This document shows positions 43,719 through 54,075 of a stretch of DNA of 64,000 nucleotides, piece by piece (within the stretch, counting starts at the first letter, position 1; each line of letters starts with the position of its first letter). The notes beneath the pieces are model-generated. The model did not search any database and had not been told where the DNA came from. It was given only the letters and a program-made list of their open reading frames with translations. The position numbers were made by a program, and so were the translations under genes. Origin of the DNA: Bryobacterales bacterium (GTDB lineage: Bacteria > Acidobacteriota > Terriglobia > Bryobacterales > UBA6623); NCBI GenBank assembly GCA_963422375.2, contig OY729428.2, positions 3,592,390 through 3,656,389 of the forward strand, written 5' to 3'.

Positions 43719-44498
43719 CAGGTCCGTCGCGGGAGCGATGGGGAGATCGAACCGATCACGCCGAGCAGAGGGCGGTCCGCCCGCCCGCCGATATGCACCG
43801 CTTCCGGCATGCCGCCGGCGGCTGCCTAATTCCACCGGTCCCAGCGATTCCCTGGGGCGAAAGCAGGTCGGAAGGCAACCAAGTCCCATGGCTGGCACGC
43901 TCCACCGTGCCAGCAAGCATCCCTCCTCTTACACGCTCACGGACTCGCAACCTTGTTGGATCAACCGAAGTGAGGCCAACTTGCAAGGTGGCGGACGCCG
44001 GCGATATGTGCCTTGGAGGGAGCACCTAGGCTTGGTAGCGGTGAATTCGATTGCACGGATGGACATTCCATATCGCAGCGATCAGCCAGCGGATCTACTG
44101 GGTGGCACGGCGCTTTCCACAGGGGGATCGCTATCGCTCGGGATGCCGTCACGGTCACATCTAGATGCGTGGCAAGGGCCCTTGGAGCAAATCCTCGCAC
44201 TGCATCTGCCTCGAGCGTTGCGTTCAGCCGTTGTGCAGCAAGTATTTCAAGCTTCGTTCTGTAATCGTCGGGCCGGACTCAAGCCCGGCTCAGGATGCCG
44301 TCCGCGAGTCCCCGCGACACCATCTCGAGTTCGGACACATCAAGCTCAAAGCTGCTGGCGAACTCGGCCCGAATCGTTTGTTTCCTAGGGCCGTTCCGCC
44401 CCTGTACACCTCCGAACCCACCATTCGGACTTCGGGCGTTTTCCGAGTACGAAGGACCCGTTGCATGCGGCCCTCGAATAGGACCATCATGGAGCCCG

Positions 44499-46400
44499 AT
44501 GCCAGCAGCTATCACGCGACGCTCGTTCGCCAAGCGCGCGGGAGTCGCCCTTGCGGCCGGAGCGATCCAGTCGTGCTCCGCGCCTCCCGCCGCCGACGGC
44601 GAATGGCACGGTTGGGGGCGGGACACAGGCGGCACTCGCTACAGTCCGCTCGACCAGATCCACCGCGAGAATGCGAGCGCTCTCGAGCCAGCTTGGACGC
44701 ATCGGTGCGGCGAGGTCAGCGACGGGTCAGCAAGCCCGACCCGCACGGCGTACGAATGCACGCCTCTGATGGCGGACGAGACGCTCTACGTCACGACGCC
44801 CTACAACCGCGTGCTGGCTCTCGACCCGGAGTCCGGGCGCGAGCGCTGGGCGTTCAACCCCGGTCTCGACCTTGCCAGGCGCTACAACCTCTGGGCCAAC
44901 CGCGGCGTGAGCCTGTGGCGAAGCGGATCCGAGCGGCGGCTGATGCACGGCACGCTGGACGGTCGGCTGATAGCGCTCGACGCTGCGACCGGCAAGCCCT
45001 GCGCGGATTTCGGCGATCACGGATCGCTGGATGTCGGGGTGCGGCTGACATCGCCCCCGGCGATATGCGGCGACCTCGCGGTGATCGGAGGCAACGCTCC
45101 GACACTGCGGGCCTTCGACGTTCGCAGCGGCCAGCTTGCGTGGACGCGGGACAAAGTGCCCCCCAACGACGAGGCAGCCAAGGCCACTTGGGCAGGCGAC
45201 TCGTGGAAGCGCAGGCGCGGAGGCGTCGCGTGGCCTCCGCTGAGCGTCGACGAAGGCCGCGAGCTACTCTACGTGCCGACGGACTCGCCCACATACGATT
45301 ACTGGGGCGGCGACCGCGCCGGAGACAATCTCTACGCGAACTGTCTGCTGGCCCTAGACTGCTCGTCCGGGGAGTACCGCTGGCATTTTCAAGCGACGCA
45401 CCACGACATCTGGGACTACGACCTGTGCGCGCAGCCCGTCCTATGCGACATCCGGCGCGAGGGTAGCGCCATTCCTGCAGTAGTCCAAGTTAGCAAGCAG
45501 GGCTTCCTCTACGTCCTGAATCGCGAAACCGGGGAGCCGCTCTTCGACATCGAAGAGACGGCCGTGCCGCAGCTCTGCGCACCGGGGGAGGTGCCGTCTG
45601 CCACGCAGCCGGTTCCCGCCAAGCCGGCCCCCTTCGTGCGCCAGTCCATGGGGCCGGGCGAACTGTCGACGGTGACGCCCGAGCATGCCGCCTGGTCGCG
45701 GGAGCTTGCGAACCGCTTCCGCATTGCCCCCCTGTTCCATCCTGGGACCGAGGAGGGCGTGATCATCTTCCCGTGCAACCAAGGAGGCGGAGAGTGGGGC
45801 GGGGGTTGCTTCGACCCGACCTCCGGGCGCTTCTTCGTGAACGGGACCAACCTCGCCGGCATCGTCGCGATGGAGGCCCGCAGCGCGAGCCGCACCGGTC
45901 TTGCCGTCGGCCGCGACATCGTCACGAGGGAAGGGCTGCGCGCCGGGGTGACGTTCCGGCGGAGAGCCATCGACGTGCGGCAGAACAAGTTCTGGCACCC
46001 GGAGACTCTGTGGCCCTGCCAGCAGCCGCCTTGGGGCGTGCTCAGCTCGATCGACCTCGCCAGCGGCGAGTACGACTGGCAGGTGCCCCTCGGGGAGGTG
46101 CCCGAGCTGACGGCTCGCGGTGTGCCCCCCACCGGCACGATCAACATGGGCGGCCCCATCGTAACGGCGGGCGGAGTAGTGTTCATCGGCGGGAGCAACG
46201 ACCGCCGTTTCCGCGCCTTCGACTCGGCGTCGGGGCGAATCCTGTGGGAGGCGGAGCTCGAGGGGAGCGGGCACGCCAACCCGATGACGTACGCCGGGCC
46301 GGAATCCGGCCGTCAGTTCGTGGTGATCGCTGCCGGAGGCGGGAACAAGCTGAGCCACAAGTTCACCGACGCGCTCCATGCATTCGCCCTGCCGGCATAG
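44499..46400 (+). CDS. PQQ-dependent (quinoprotein glucose/quinate dehydrogenase-like) oxidoreductase with a Tat/lipoprotein signal
   Basis: TRRSF...QSC signal, RYSPLDQI, WHFQATHHDIWDYD, PCQQPPWG and GGPIVTAGG motifs. Confidence 0.88.
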   Translation: MPAAITRRSFAKRAGVALAAGAIQSCSAPPAADGEWHGWGRDTGGTRYSPLDQIHRENASALEPAWTHRCGEVSDGSASPTRTAYECTPLMADETLYVTTPYNRVLALDPESGRERWAFNPGLDLARRYNLWANRGVSLWRSGSERRLMHGTLDGRLIALDAATGKPCADFGDHGSLDVGVRLTSPPAICGDLAVIGGNAPTLRAFDVRSGQLAWTRDKVPPNDEAAKATWAGDSWKRRRGGVAWPPLSVDEGRELLYVPTDSPTYDYWGGDRAGDNLYANCLLALDCSSGEYRWHFQATHHDIWDYDLCAQPVLCDIRREGSAIPAVVQVSKQGFLYVLNRETGEPLFDIEETAVPQLCAPGEVPSATQPVPAKPAPFVRQSMGPGELSTVTPEHAAWSRELANRFRIAPLFHPGTEEGVIIFPCNQGGGEWGGGCFDPTSGRFFVNGTNLAGIVAMEARSASRTGLAVGRDIVTREGLRAGVTFRRRAIDVRQNKFWHPETLWPCQQPPWGVLSSIDLASGEYDWQVPLGEVPELTARGVPPTGTINMGGPIVTAGGVVFIGGSNDRRFRAFDSASGRILWEAELEGSGHANPMTYAGPESGRQFVVIAAGGGNKLSHKFTDALHAFALPA

Positions 46401-46419
46401 GCAGTACGGCCCAGCGGCG

Positions 46420-46761
46420 TTAGGACGAGGCTGCGGCCTTGGTCGCCGAAGAATCGCCGCTCTTGGACGGGGCCTTGGCCTTCTTGGCGGCGGCGTCGGA
46501 CGATTCCGACGAGGCGGCCTTCTTCTTCCCGGCGGAGTCGCCGTCCTCGAACGGGGGCTTCTTGCCTCCCTTGCCGTAATCGGTAACGTACCATCCGCTG
46601 CCCTTGAACTGGATGGCCGGCGCAGCCAAGAGCTTGCGGACTTCGCCGTTGCACGGCGAATCGCCCTGCTCCGTGTGAACGCTGAGGATCTTGTCGGAGA
46701 ACTTCTGGATGATCTCGAAGCGCTCCCCGCACTTGAGGCACTCGTATTCGTATAGCGGCAT
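46420..46761 (-). CDS. FmdB-family zinc-ribbon protein
   Basis: MPLYEYECLKCG...FKGSGWYVTDY followed by a low-complexity tail. Confidence 0.9.
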   Translation of the reverse strand: MPLYEYECLKCGERFEIIQKFSDKILSVHTEQGDSPCNGEVRKLLAAPAIQFKGSGWYVTDYGKGGKKPPFEDGDSAGKKKAASSESSDAAAKKAKAPSKSGDSSATKAAASS

Positions 46762-46946
46762 TCCTAACGGGCCTCCGCGGGACCTGGGGCGTCGCGCCGA
46801 ACACGGTTGTCCGGCCATGAACTCCTGCTCATTTTACCAGCGGCCCGCCGCCGGAACCTGAAACCGGACGTCCCGCTCGCCCGTAACTATTAAGTAGGGT
46901 GAGACGGCAGCGGCATCAGCGGCGGCCCGCGCGCGGGGGAGGGACG

Positions 46947-47756
46947 ATGACACGCAAGTTCTCGGCATTCGCGGGGTACATTCTCCTCGCCGGTCTCTTC
47001 GCGGGCGTAACGCAGGCAACGTCGGCCGAGTCGTCCGATGTTCTGGAGGGGCAGGATGCGCCACGAGCGACCGTCACGGTCCCGTCAGGCACGCGGGTCC
47101 CGCTAGTGATGATCAACAGCGTGAGTTCGAAACACTCCCAAGCCGGCGATCCGGTCTACCTAGAGAGCGTGTATCCGGTCGTGGTGGACGGCCGGATTCT
47201 GATTCCGGCGGGCACGAACGTCTCCGGCACGGTGACTCGCACCAAGCGACCGGGCCGCATCAAGGGGCGAGGCCAACTGCTGGTCAGGATTGACCAGCTG
47301 ATCCTTCCGAACGGCGTGATCCGGGACCTGTCCGGACGTCCCGGCGCTCTCGACGGCCGGTCGCCGGACAGCCTGGACCGCGAGACCGGACAGGTCCAAG
47401 CGGAAGGCACGAAGGGCGAGGACGCGGAAGACATCATCACGGCCACCGCGCAAGGGGCGTCGATCGGCACGATCGCCGGCGCGGCCGCCGGCCGCGTCGG
47501 AAGCGGGCTCGGTATCGGCACGGCGATTGGCGCAGGGGCCGGCGTCGCGAAGGTGCTCCTGACGCGTGGAGCCGACGCGCTGCTCGACCGCGGAACTCAC
47601 ATCGAGATGTTCTTGGAGCGGGACCTGCACTTCGCGGAGGACGAAGTGCAATTCGACGGCACAGGCGACCGACCTGGTGCCGGGGCCGGCCCGGATCCCC
47701 AGCGCAACAGACGACCGACCGGGCCCGCGAGAGGCCTCGGCCGCCTCCCGCTCTGA
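46947..47756 (+). CDS. Secreted TrbI/VirB10-like domain protein with a glycine zipper
   Basis: Signal peptide, VPSGTRVPL...SSK...GDPV...IPAGTNVSGTV...KGRGQL. Confidence 0.7.
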   Translation: MTRKFSAFAGYILLAGLFAGVTQATSAESSDVLEGQDAPRATVTVPSGTRVPLVMINSVSSKHSQAGDPVYLESVYPVVVDGRILIPAGTNVSGTVTRTKRPGRIKGRGQLLVRIDQLILPNGVIRDLSGRPGALDGRSPDSLDRETGQVQAEGTKGEDAEDIITATAQGASIGTIAGAAAGRVGSGLGIGTAIGAGAGVAKVLLTRGADALLDRGTHIEMFLERDLHFAEDEVQFDGTGDRPGAGAGPDPQRNRRPTGPARGLGRLPL

Positions 47757-47793
47757 CGCAGCGGGGCGGCCCCGGAAGCGCAGCCAGCCGAAG

Positions 47794-48351
47794 CTACCCT
47801 TCGGTGTCCATGAAGTGGTAGCAGACCATGTGGCACACGAAGAAATGCGCGTCCTCGACACGGCCCATGTGATCGTCGGCGACGTGGATGCTTAGGTCGA
47901 CCCCGGGGCTCAGCCTTCCGCCGGTGATGCCGCTCAGACCGACGGTGTAGCAGCCGATCGATCTGGCGTAGCGGATCGCCCGGATCACGTTCTCCGAATT
48001 CCCGCTGCCGCTGATCGCGATGGCCACGTCCCCGGGCCGCGCGAAATTCCTGAGAGGCTCCACGAACACGCTCTCGTAGCCGACGTCGTTGGAGTAAGCG
48101 GTCATCGTCGGCACCTGCTCGCTGAGCGACAGGATCCTGAAGCGCTTCTCCCGCCCGTAGCTGGCGCCCTTCACGATGTCGCAGGCGAAGTGGTTCGCGG
48201 TGGCGGCGCTACCCCCGTTGCCGAACACGAAGATCTGCCGGTCCTCTTCGCGCGCCCGGCGGAACACGTCGATCAGGGACTCCACCCGGTCTAGGTCAAC
48301 CGTGTCGAGGGCGGCCAGCAGCCGCCGCTTGTATTCGTTCGCAAACGCCAT
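47794..48351 (-). CDS. gmhA: SIS-domain phosphoheptose isomerase-like protein
   Basis: FGNGGSAATANHF, TAYSNDVGY, ISGSGNSENV and VEDAH motifs. Confidence 0.8.
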   Translation of the reverse strand: MAFANEYKRRLLAALDTVDLDRVESLIDVFRRAREEDRQIFVFGNGGSAATANHFACDIVKGASYGREKRFRILSLSEQVPTMTAYSNDVGYESVFVEPLRNFARPGDVAIAISGSGNSENVIRAIRYARSIGCYTVGLSGITGGRLSPGVDLSIHVADDHMGRVEDAHFFVCHMVCYHFMDTEG

Positions 48352-48354
48352 GAC

Positions 48355-49350
48355 TCACTCCCGACCAGCCGCCGATTCGGCGAGCGACAGCACCTCGCCG
48401 GGGCTCGCGGACCCCGTTCCCGGCTTGCCTACCGTGACACCGGCCACGATTATCCCAAAGCGCAGCGCGTCCTCCGTCCCTGCCCCGGCCGCGAGCGCGA
48501 GTGCGAAGCCGGCCGCCAAGCTGTCTCCCGCGCCGCAGGTGTCGACCGGCTCGACGCCGGCGCAGGCTTCAAACAGGCGCGCACCCGCAGTGTCCACCAG
48601 CCAGGCGCCGCGCTCCCCCGCGGATACCACCAGAGCGGGCCCGCCGATCATCCGGCGCAGCCTCCGGTAGTCGACCGAGCCGAATTCGCTCACGCAGGCG
48701 GCCTCGGCCTCGGCCTGATTCGGCGCGGCGACCACGCCCCGGAAATGCCGCACGCGGCGCCGGGAGTCGGCGACGAAGACCCGCCGGGGACTCGCAGCGG
48801 CCTCCCGCGCGATGGCATCGCGCAAGCGCGGCGTCACGACGCCGCCGCGGTCGGTCTCGGCCTGGTCGGCCACGACGACGCCGTCGAACGAGCCGACCAC
48901 CTGCCGGAACGCATCGAGCACGCGCTCCTCGGTCTCCCGCCGGGGCGCGCGGGAGTTCACGAAGTCGACTCGCGGGAGGTCCTCCGCGCCGGTCCGGAGG
49001 TTGATCAGCTTCGTGTAAGTGAACGTCTGCACGGCGTCGGCTTCGACCAGCAAGTCGCTCTCGATGCCGCGCACGGACAGGGCTCCGCGCAGCTCGCCGG
49101 CGTGACCGTCGCGCCCGGTCACGCCCAGCACGCTCACGCGGCCCGCGCCCAGCCGGGCCAGGTTCGCGGCGACGGTCCCTCCCGCACCGGGAGTGACCTC
49201 GGTTCCGGTGACCGCGATTCTCGGGATTCCCGTCTCTCGGGACTCCTCGGCGAGAGACGGGTCGTAGCGGCACCAACGGTCGAGGCAGATGTCCCCGACG
49301 ACCAGCAGGCTGGCGCCTGCGGCCCGGCCGAGGATCTCGGCGCAGGTCAT
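48355..49350 (-). CDS. PfkB-family kinase, similar to the RfaE/HldE kinase domain
   Basis: LVVGDICLD, PGAGGTVAANL, PNQAEA, DTCGAGD and VGKPGT motifs. Confidence 0.85.
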   Translation of the reverse strand: MTCAEILGRAAGASLLVVGDICLDRWCRYDPSLAEESRETGIPRIAVTGTEVTPGAGGTVAANLARLGAGRVSVLGVTGRDGHAGELRGALSVRGIESDLLVEADAVQTFTYTKLINLRTGAEDLPRVDFVNSRAPRRETEERVLDAFRQVVGSFDGVVVADQAETDRGGVVTPRLRDAIAREAAASPRRVFVADSRRRVRHFRGVVAAPNQAEAEAACVSEFGSVDYRRLRRMIGGPALVVSAGERGAWLVDTAGARLFEACAGVEPVDTCGAGDSLAAGFALALAAGAGTEDALRFGIIVAGVTVGKPGTGSASPGEVLSLAESAAGRE

Positions 49351-50333
49351 GCCGGGGAGCTTGCGGAGCTCTCCATCACCGCCCGCCGCAGGGCGGGAAC
49401 GGTTACGCGGTGGTCGCCGCAGACGTACAGGCTTCGGCCGCCGTCGGCCACCGTGCGCACCAGGATCGTCTTGTGGGGCCGGAAGTAGTAGCCCGGGTCG
49501 CTCTTCGGCAGCTCGCTATGCACCTCACCTTGGATGGGGACCAGATCGAACACTGCCGTGACGAAGTCCGCGATCCTGCGATCCTCCTGGCGGGCGACAT
49601 TGCGCGCCATCGAGAGAGCCTTCAGGTAGACCTCGGGCCCCATGATCGCCGAGCCGAGGCTAACCATGACGCCTCCCTCGAGATCCTCGACGGTCCTGGC
49701 GTAGATCAGAAAGTCCCTGTAGCTGCCCGCGCCGTAGGAGGCGCCATCGCAGTTCGGGTGCTCGTGGGTGATGTCGTAGCCGATGCCGACATGGAGGGTG
49801 GCGGGAATCCCGAGCTCGTAGGCGGCGGCAAGGATGCTGACGTCTCGGTGAGGGAAGCTCTCCTCCAGAATCCTGCGGCCGAAATTCTCCCCCAAGCCGA
49901 GGCCCCGCCGGGCCGCGTCGACGGCCCAGTCGTTGAGAATGCCAGTGTCGTCCCACAGCCCGAACTCGCCCGTGCGAATGTAGCGGGCGACGCTCTCGGT
50001 CGTCGCGCCGATGCGAGCCAGCTCGAAGTCGTGGATGGCCCCGGCACCGTTCATGGCCACGTGGGTGAAGGCACCGCGCCCGAGCAGGTCGATCACCTGG
50101 CGCGACACGCCGGACTTGATGACGTGGGCACCCATCATCAGAATGCGCGCGCTCGCGCCGCCCGGGAGGAGGAGGGGAGCGATGACATCCAAAGACTCGC
50201 GTAAGCCCGGCCCGGCCTCTTCGACCTGCTCGTCCAGGCGCAGGAGATAGCCCAGATCCATGTCGTGGGCGCGTTCCGCCAGCGGGCGGACGCGCAGCCG
50301 GGAGCGGTCGAAGACCGGGTACTTGGATGGCAT
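49347..50333 (-). CDS. Conserved hypothetical protein, deoxyhypusine-synthase-like fold
   Basis: MMGAHVIKSG, AMNGAGAIHDFE, SILAAAY...IPATLHVGIGYDITH and LGSAIMGPEVYLKA. Family assigned by recognition only. Confidence 0.65.
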   Translation of the reverse strand: MPSKYPVFDRSRLRVRPLAERAHDMDLGYLLRLDEQVEEAGPGLRESLDVIAPLLLPGGASARILMMGAHVIKSGVSRQVIDLLGRGAFTHVAMNGAGAIHDFELARIGATTESVARYIRTGEFGLWDDTGILNDWAVDAARRGLGLGENFGRRILEESFPHRDVSILAAAYELGIPATLHVGIGYDITHEHPNCDGASYGAGSYRDFLIYARTVEDLEGGVMVSLGSAIMGPEVYLKALSMARNVARQEDRRIADFVTAVFDLVPIQGEVHSELPKSDPGYYFRPHKTILVRTVADGGRSLYVCGDHRVTVPALRRAVMESSASSPA

Positions 50334-50361
50334 TAGCGCTGCTCTCTTCACCGCCCCGCGG

Positions 50362-51183
50362 TCAGCGCGGCCCGAACATGGCCGCCATGAGCTCGTCGTG
50401 CGCGTTGAAGTTGGGGGCTATCCAATCGGCGCCGACGCCGACCAGCCGGCCACGCTTCACCGGATCGACCTCGACGCAGTCGGGCTCGTCGGTAGCGAGG
50501 CCGACCGCGTGCCCGCCCACAGTCTTGACGGCCTCGATTTCGACGAATCCGTCGCCGAAGCCGAGAAACTCGCTGCCGTCGAAGTCGCTCTCGCGGATGA
50601 TGCGCTCCACAAGGATCTTCTTGGAAAAGTTCTCGTAGTCGTCCAGCGCACCGTACATGCCCCCATGGAAGTACGAATCGATCCGGAGCAGCCGGGCTTC
50701 CTCGCGCATGAACGGCTGATCCGTGCCACTGGCCAGGAACAGCGTCATGCCGCGCTCCGACAGCGAGTCGAGGATCCGGCGCGCTCCGGGCACCATCAAT
50801 TCGTCGGGATCGGTCGTTCCGGAGCGCAGCGCCTCGCGACGATGCCGGATCCTGTCCATGAGGAGGTCTAGGTAGGTGTGCTTGTACTCCAGCGGCTCGC
50901 TAGGCGTCCCGCCGCGCGCCCGGATCTGGTCGGCGAACTCGATCATCTGGTAGATCGTCTGGCGGCCCGTCAGTCGGCCGACGTACTCCTCGACTATGAC
51001 GGTGAGGTCGTCCTCGGATTCGCCGGTGCCGAGCCCTGCCAAGACCTCGACCATCATCGGGACCATGACCTCGAACCAGCCGGCTCGAATCAGCGACAGC
51101 GTGCCGTCGAAGTCGAACAGCCCGACCTTGGCGCCGGCGGCGCTGGCACCCGAGTTGACGATTTCCAAGGGGCGAATCGGCAA
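50362..51183 (-). CDS. HAD-superfamily phosphatase
   Basis: LFDFDGTLS (motif I), LASGT (II), K and FGDGFVE (IV). Confidence 0.88.
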   Translation of the reverse strand: MPIRPLEIVNSGASAAGAKVGLFDFDGTLSLIRAGWFEVMVPMMVEVLAGLGTGESEDDLTVIVEEYVGRLTGRQTIYQMIEFADQIRARGGTPSEPLEYKHTYLDLLMDRIRHRREALRSGTTDPDELMVPGARRILDSLSERGMTLFLASGTDQPFMREEARLLRIDSYFHGGMYGALDDYENFSKKILVERIIRESDFDGSEFLGFGDGFVEIEAVKTVGGHAVGLATDEPDCVEVDPVKRGRLVGVGADWIAPNFNAHDELMAAMFGPR

Positions 51184-52456
51184 CTCTCAGTGTTGCAAAC
51201 ATCCGGAGAACGGTCCGGCGCGACGCACGGGTGTGTAGGCTCCGATCAGCGAGGACACCCGAACGGCATCGACCGGAACGCGCCGCTTCGCACTTGCCGC
51301 GCCCGGATCGCCAGATCTCGGATGGGCAAGTTGCCCCGCCCCCTGCGGCGACCCATTGCGCAGGCGTTTCGCGCCCGGTCTCGGTCTGCGCACGCACGCA
51401 GCCGCCCGGAGGGCCTTTCTCATCGACGCGGACGCCGCCGGTCAGGCCGTGGCATCAGGACGTTGAGCGGGTGGATTCTTCATGCATCATCGATTCACGC
51501 AGCCTGTCGAAGAGCGCACCGCGCCGGTCGGATTCGTGCGCCGTCTGCCGGTGCATCTGGTGTATCGTCTCGTATGCGGCAACCAACTCCCGGGCGGTCA
51601 CGAAGCCGAGAGCGAAGTCAATCGGACGTACCGACCCTTGAACGAGTCCCGGCCAGATCAATGCGACCGATCAACCGGCCACTTGCGAGGTGTGCCAATC
51701 TCTCCTCGCGTGGGTTTGCAGCAGAAAGCTCACCAGCCAGATGTAATGCAGTCACTGATTCAATCATAGAGAACACCTTCCGATGTTCTTGAAGCCAATC
51801 CTATCCGCCTTTCGAGTGCTTCGCCATGTCGCAAGTTAGACTGTTGCCAAATGGATCTGGAGTGTTCGTTCAGGCCATCGTGACGAATTTCAATCGAAGA
51901 ATAGGTTCTGAACTCCTTGAACATCGACATACCGCTCAAGTATTCGCTTATCTCTCCGCCACAACCGTCGGACATCTAGACAGGTCCGTAACGGTAGATT
52001 CTAATCGTCCGCCGGAGACGGCGGATCCCGCAGAGTCCCGCACTTCGGCCGCAGGGACAACCGACGCGGTACGCTGCCATAGCGCGGCACCTGCCGTTTC
52101 GGCCGCGCCGGATGGACGTCAGTCCCTGTACGCAATTGGATCAGGCTGGACTCCCCCGCAACTGTCGGCCGCCTCCATGAACGACTGTGCGCGGAACGCT
52201 GGTACTGGCGGAGGCTAGGCCAACCGGAGCCCATGCGATGCGGACGCCATTCCCGCACGCCTTGAGTCTGTAGGGCGGCAGCGGGCCTTTGGCAACCCCG
52301 TCAGGGCCCCGGCCGCGCTCGGACCGCTCTCCGAGCCGACCGGGTCGCCCGAGCAGGGTGGCGGGTGCCAGCCCCCGGGCCCGTCGCGCCGGGGAGGCCC
52401 CTGCGCACGCATCCGCTATACCGTGCTAGCATCCAAGCGACGCGTCGACAGGTCGC

Positions 52457-53383
52457 ATGCCGGGCAAGCAGACAGACCAATTCGTCGCACCTGACGCCGA
52501 CCTCGGGCACTCCTCGCCGGCGGGCTCGCCCGCTCCCGAGTCAAGCGAGCCGGAAACTGCGGCAGGCGAGGTGGAGTACCCCTGCTGGGACGGTCGTCCG
52601 ATAGCGGACAACATGTACCAGGAGGTGGCGAATAGCCATGCCACGATCATGCTGACGCACCACCTCCGCAGGCGCAAGGACGTGCTGGTGGCCAACAACC
52701 TGCTGGTGTACTACGTGGAGAACGATCCCACTAAGAGGGTCGTGCCGGACGTGATGGTGGCGCTGGGCGTCCGCGGAGGCCATCGCATGTCGTACCTCGT
52801 GTGGGAGGAGGGCAAGGCCCCGGACTTCGTCCTGGAAGTTGCCTCGCCCCTCACCGTCGAGGAGGACCTGAAGGAAAAGCCGCCGCTCTACGCGCGTCTG
52901 GGCGTGCGCGAATTCTTCCGCTACGACCCGATAGGCAATTTGCTGCCGGTGCGTCTTTATGGCGCCCGCCTAGTGGGCGGCCGCTTCAACCCGCTGCGGG
53001 CCGAGCGGCTTCCCGGCGCTGGGCTGTCCATCCACAGCGAGGTGCTCGGATTGGACTTGCGGTTCGACGAGGCCGGGGAGAGACTGCGCATGTGGGATCC
53101 GGTCGAGAGGGAATACTTGCTCACGCCGAAGGAGACGCGCGCTGAGACCGTGCGGCTGCAGCGAGAGACAGCGCGACTGCGGCGAGAGAGATTACGAATC
53201 CAAGACGAGACAGTGCGACTGCGGCACGAGACCGCGCGGGCGCGTGCCGAGACGGCGGGGCTCGAGGACGAGGCAGCGGGTGCGCGCAAGGAGACCGAAC
53301 AACGGCAGAGGGAGACCCATGGGCAGTGCAATGCCTCCAACGCCCGCGTGGTGTTGGACGAGGAGCTACGACGGTCACAATAG
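52457..53383 (+). CDS. Uma2-family (PD-(D/E)XK) endonuclease with a C-terminal coiled coil
   Basis: VVPDVMV, WEEGKAPDFVLEVASP and YARLGVREFFRYDP, then heptad repeats ETxRLxR. Confidence 0.9.
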   Translation: MPGKQTDQFVAPDADLGHSSPAGSPAPESSEPETAAGEVEYPCWDGRPIADNMYQEVANSHATIMLTHHLRRRKDVLVANNLLVYYVENDPTKRVVPDVMVALGVRGGHRMSYLVWEEGKAPDFVLEVASPLTVEEDLKEKPPLYARLGVREFFRYDPIGNLLPVRLYGARLVGGRFNPLRAERLPGAGLSIHSEVLGLDLRFDEAGERLRMWDPVEREYLLTPKETRAETVRLQRETARLRRERLRIQDETVRLRHETARARAETAGLEDEAAGARKETEQRQRETHGQCNASNARVVLDEELRRSQ

Positions 53384-54075
53384 GGTGTGTGGCATCAGCT
53401 GAGGCCCGTGCATCAAGCGGTCTGCGCGTCCAGGTCAGCCAAGTCGCACCAGCGACCTCTTGTGCCGTCGTTCACGGCATTGGGCCGGTGATCTGTCAAT
53501 CAACGGCCGGATGTGTCTGGTGTTAGGGCGCGAGCGGGCGGCGCGGGGACCTTGGCGCAGAGCCGCTCTTGGCCCGCTGATTCCGTCGCTGTGAGACGCG
53601 CGCCTCGACACGCACGTCGCCGCCTGCAAGCCCCTGCGCTCTGGTACGCCGAGAGGTGCCCGGACGCCGTCGGCCGATGATCGTGACCGGGCTAGTACGG
53701 GGCAGCTCCGCAGTGGCATTCGATTTGCGGAGAGAGGCATTCGTCTTGCGTGGACAGGCACCGTGAGGGAGTCTTGTGCCGTCTTTCGTTGTCCACACCT
53801 GGCAGCCCTTGCTCAAATCAGCCTTGCGGGAGATCCACTTGATGGCCGGCTTGTGCGATGGCCGGTCGTAGGCGGAGAGGGGGCGAGGTTGCGACCGACC
53901 GACCGTCTCCTCGACCATGCTCTCCCTCGAGCGCGCTCCCCCGTTGGCGGGAACGCGTCACCCATCGCGTACGCTCGATATGCTGGAGTGTTCGGTGCGT
54001 CACAGATTCACTCTCTGACTACGAGAGCAACACGGAACGGGTCACGACCTTCCAATCAACTGCACGGGCGTTACC

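Noticed and set aside
43720..44490. ORF 43738..44388 or an RNA element between folE and the PQQ dehydrogenase
   Set aside because: No recognisable motif, RBS or convincing structure; probably decayed DNA.
51200..52450. Lower-GC minus-strand ORF fragments (51455..51661, 51760..51975)
   Set aside because: Looks like a broken foreign gene, but I cannot assign a family without a search.
53400..54070. ORF 53523..53918 as an antitoxin or partner of Fic
   Set aside because: No recognisable domain, and this Fic already carries its own inhibitory motif.
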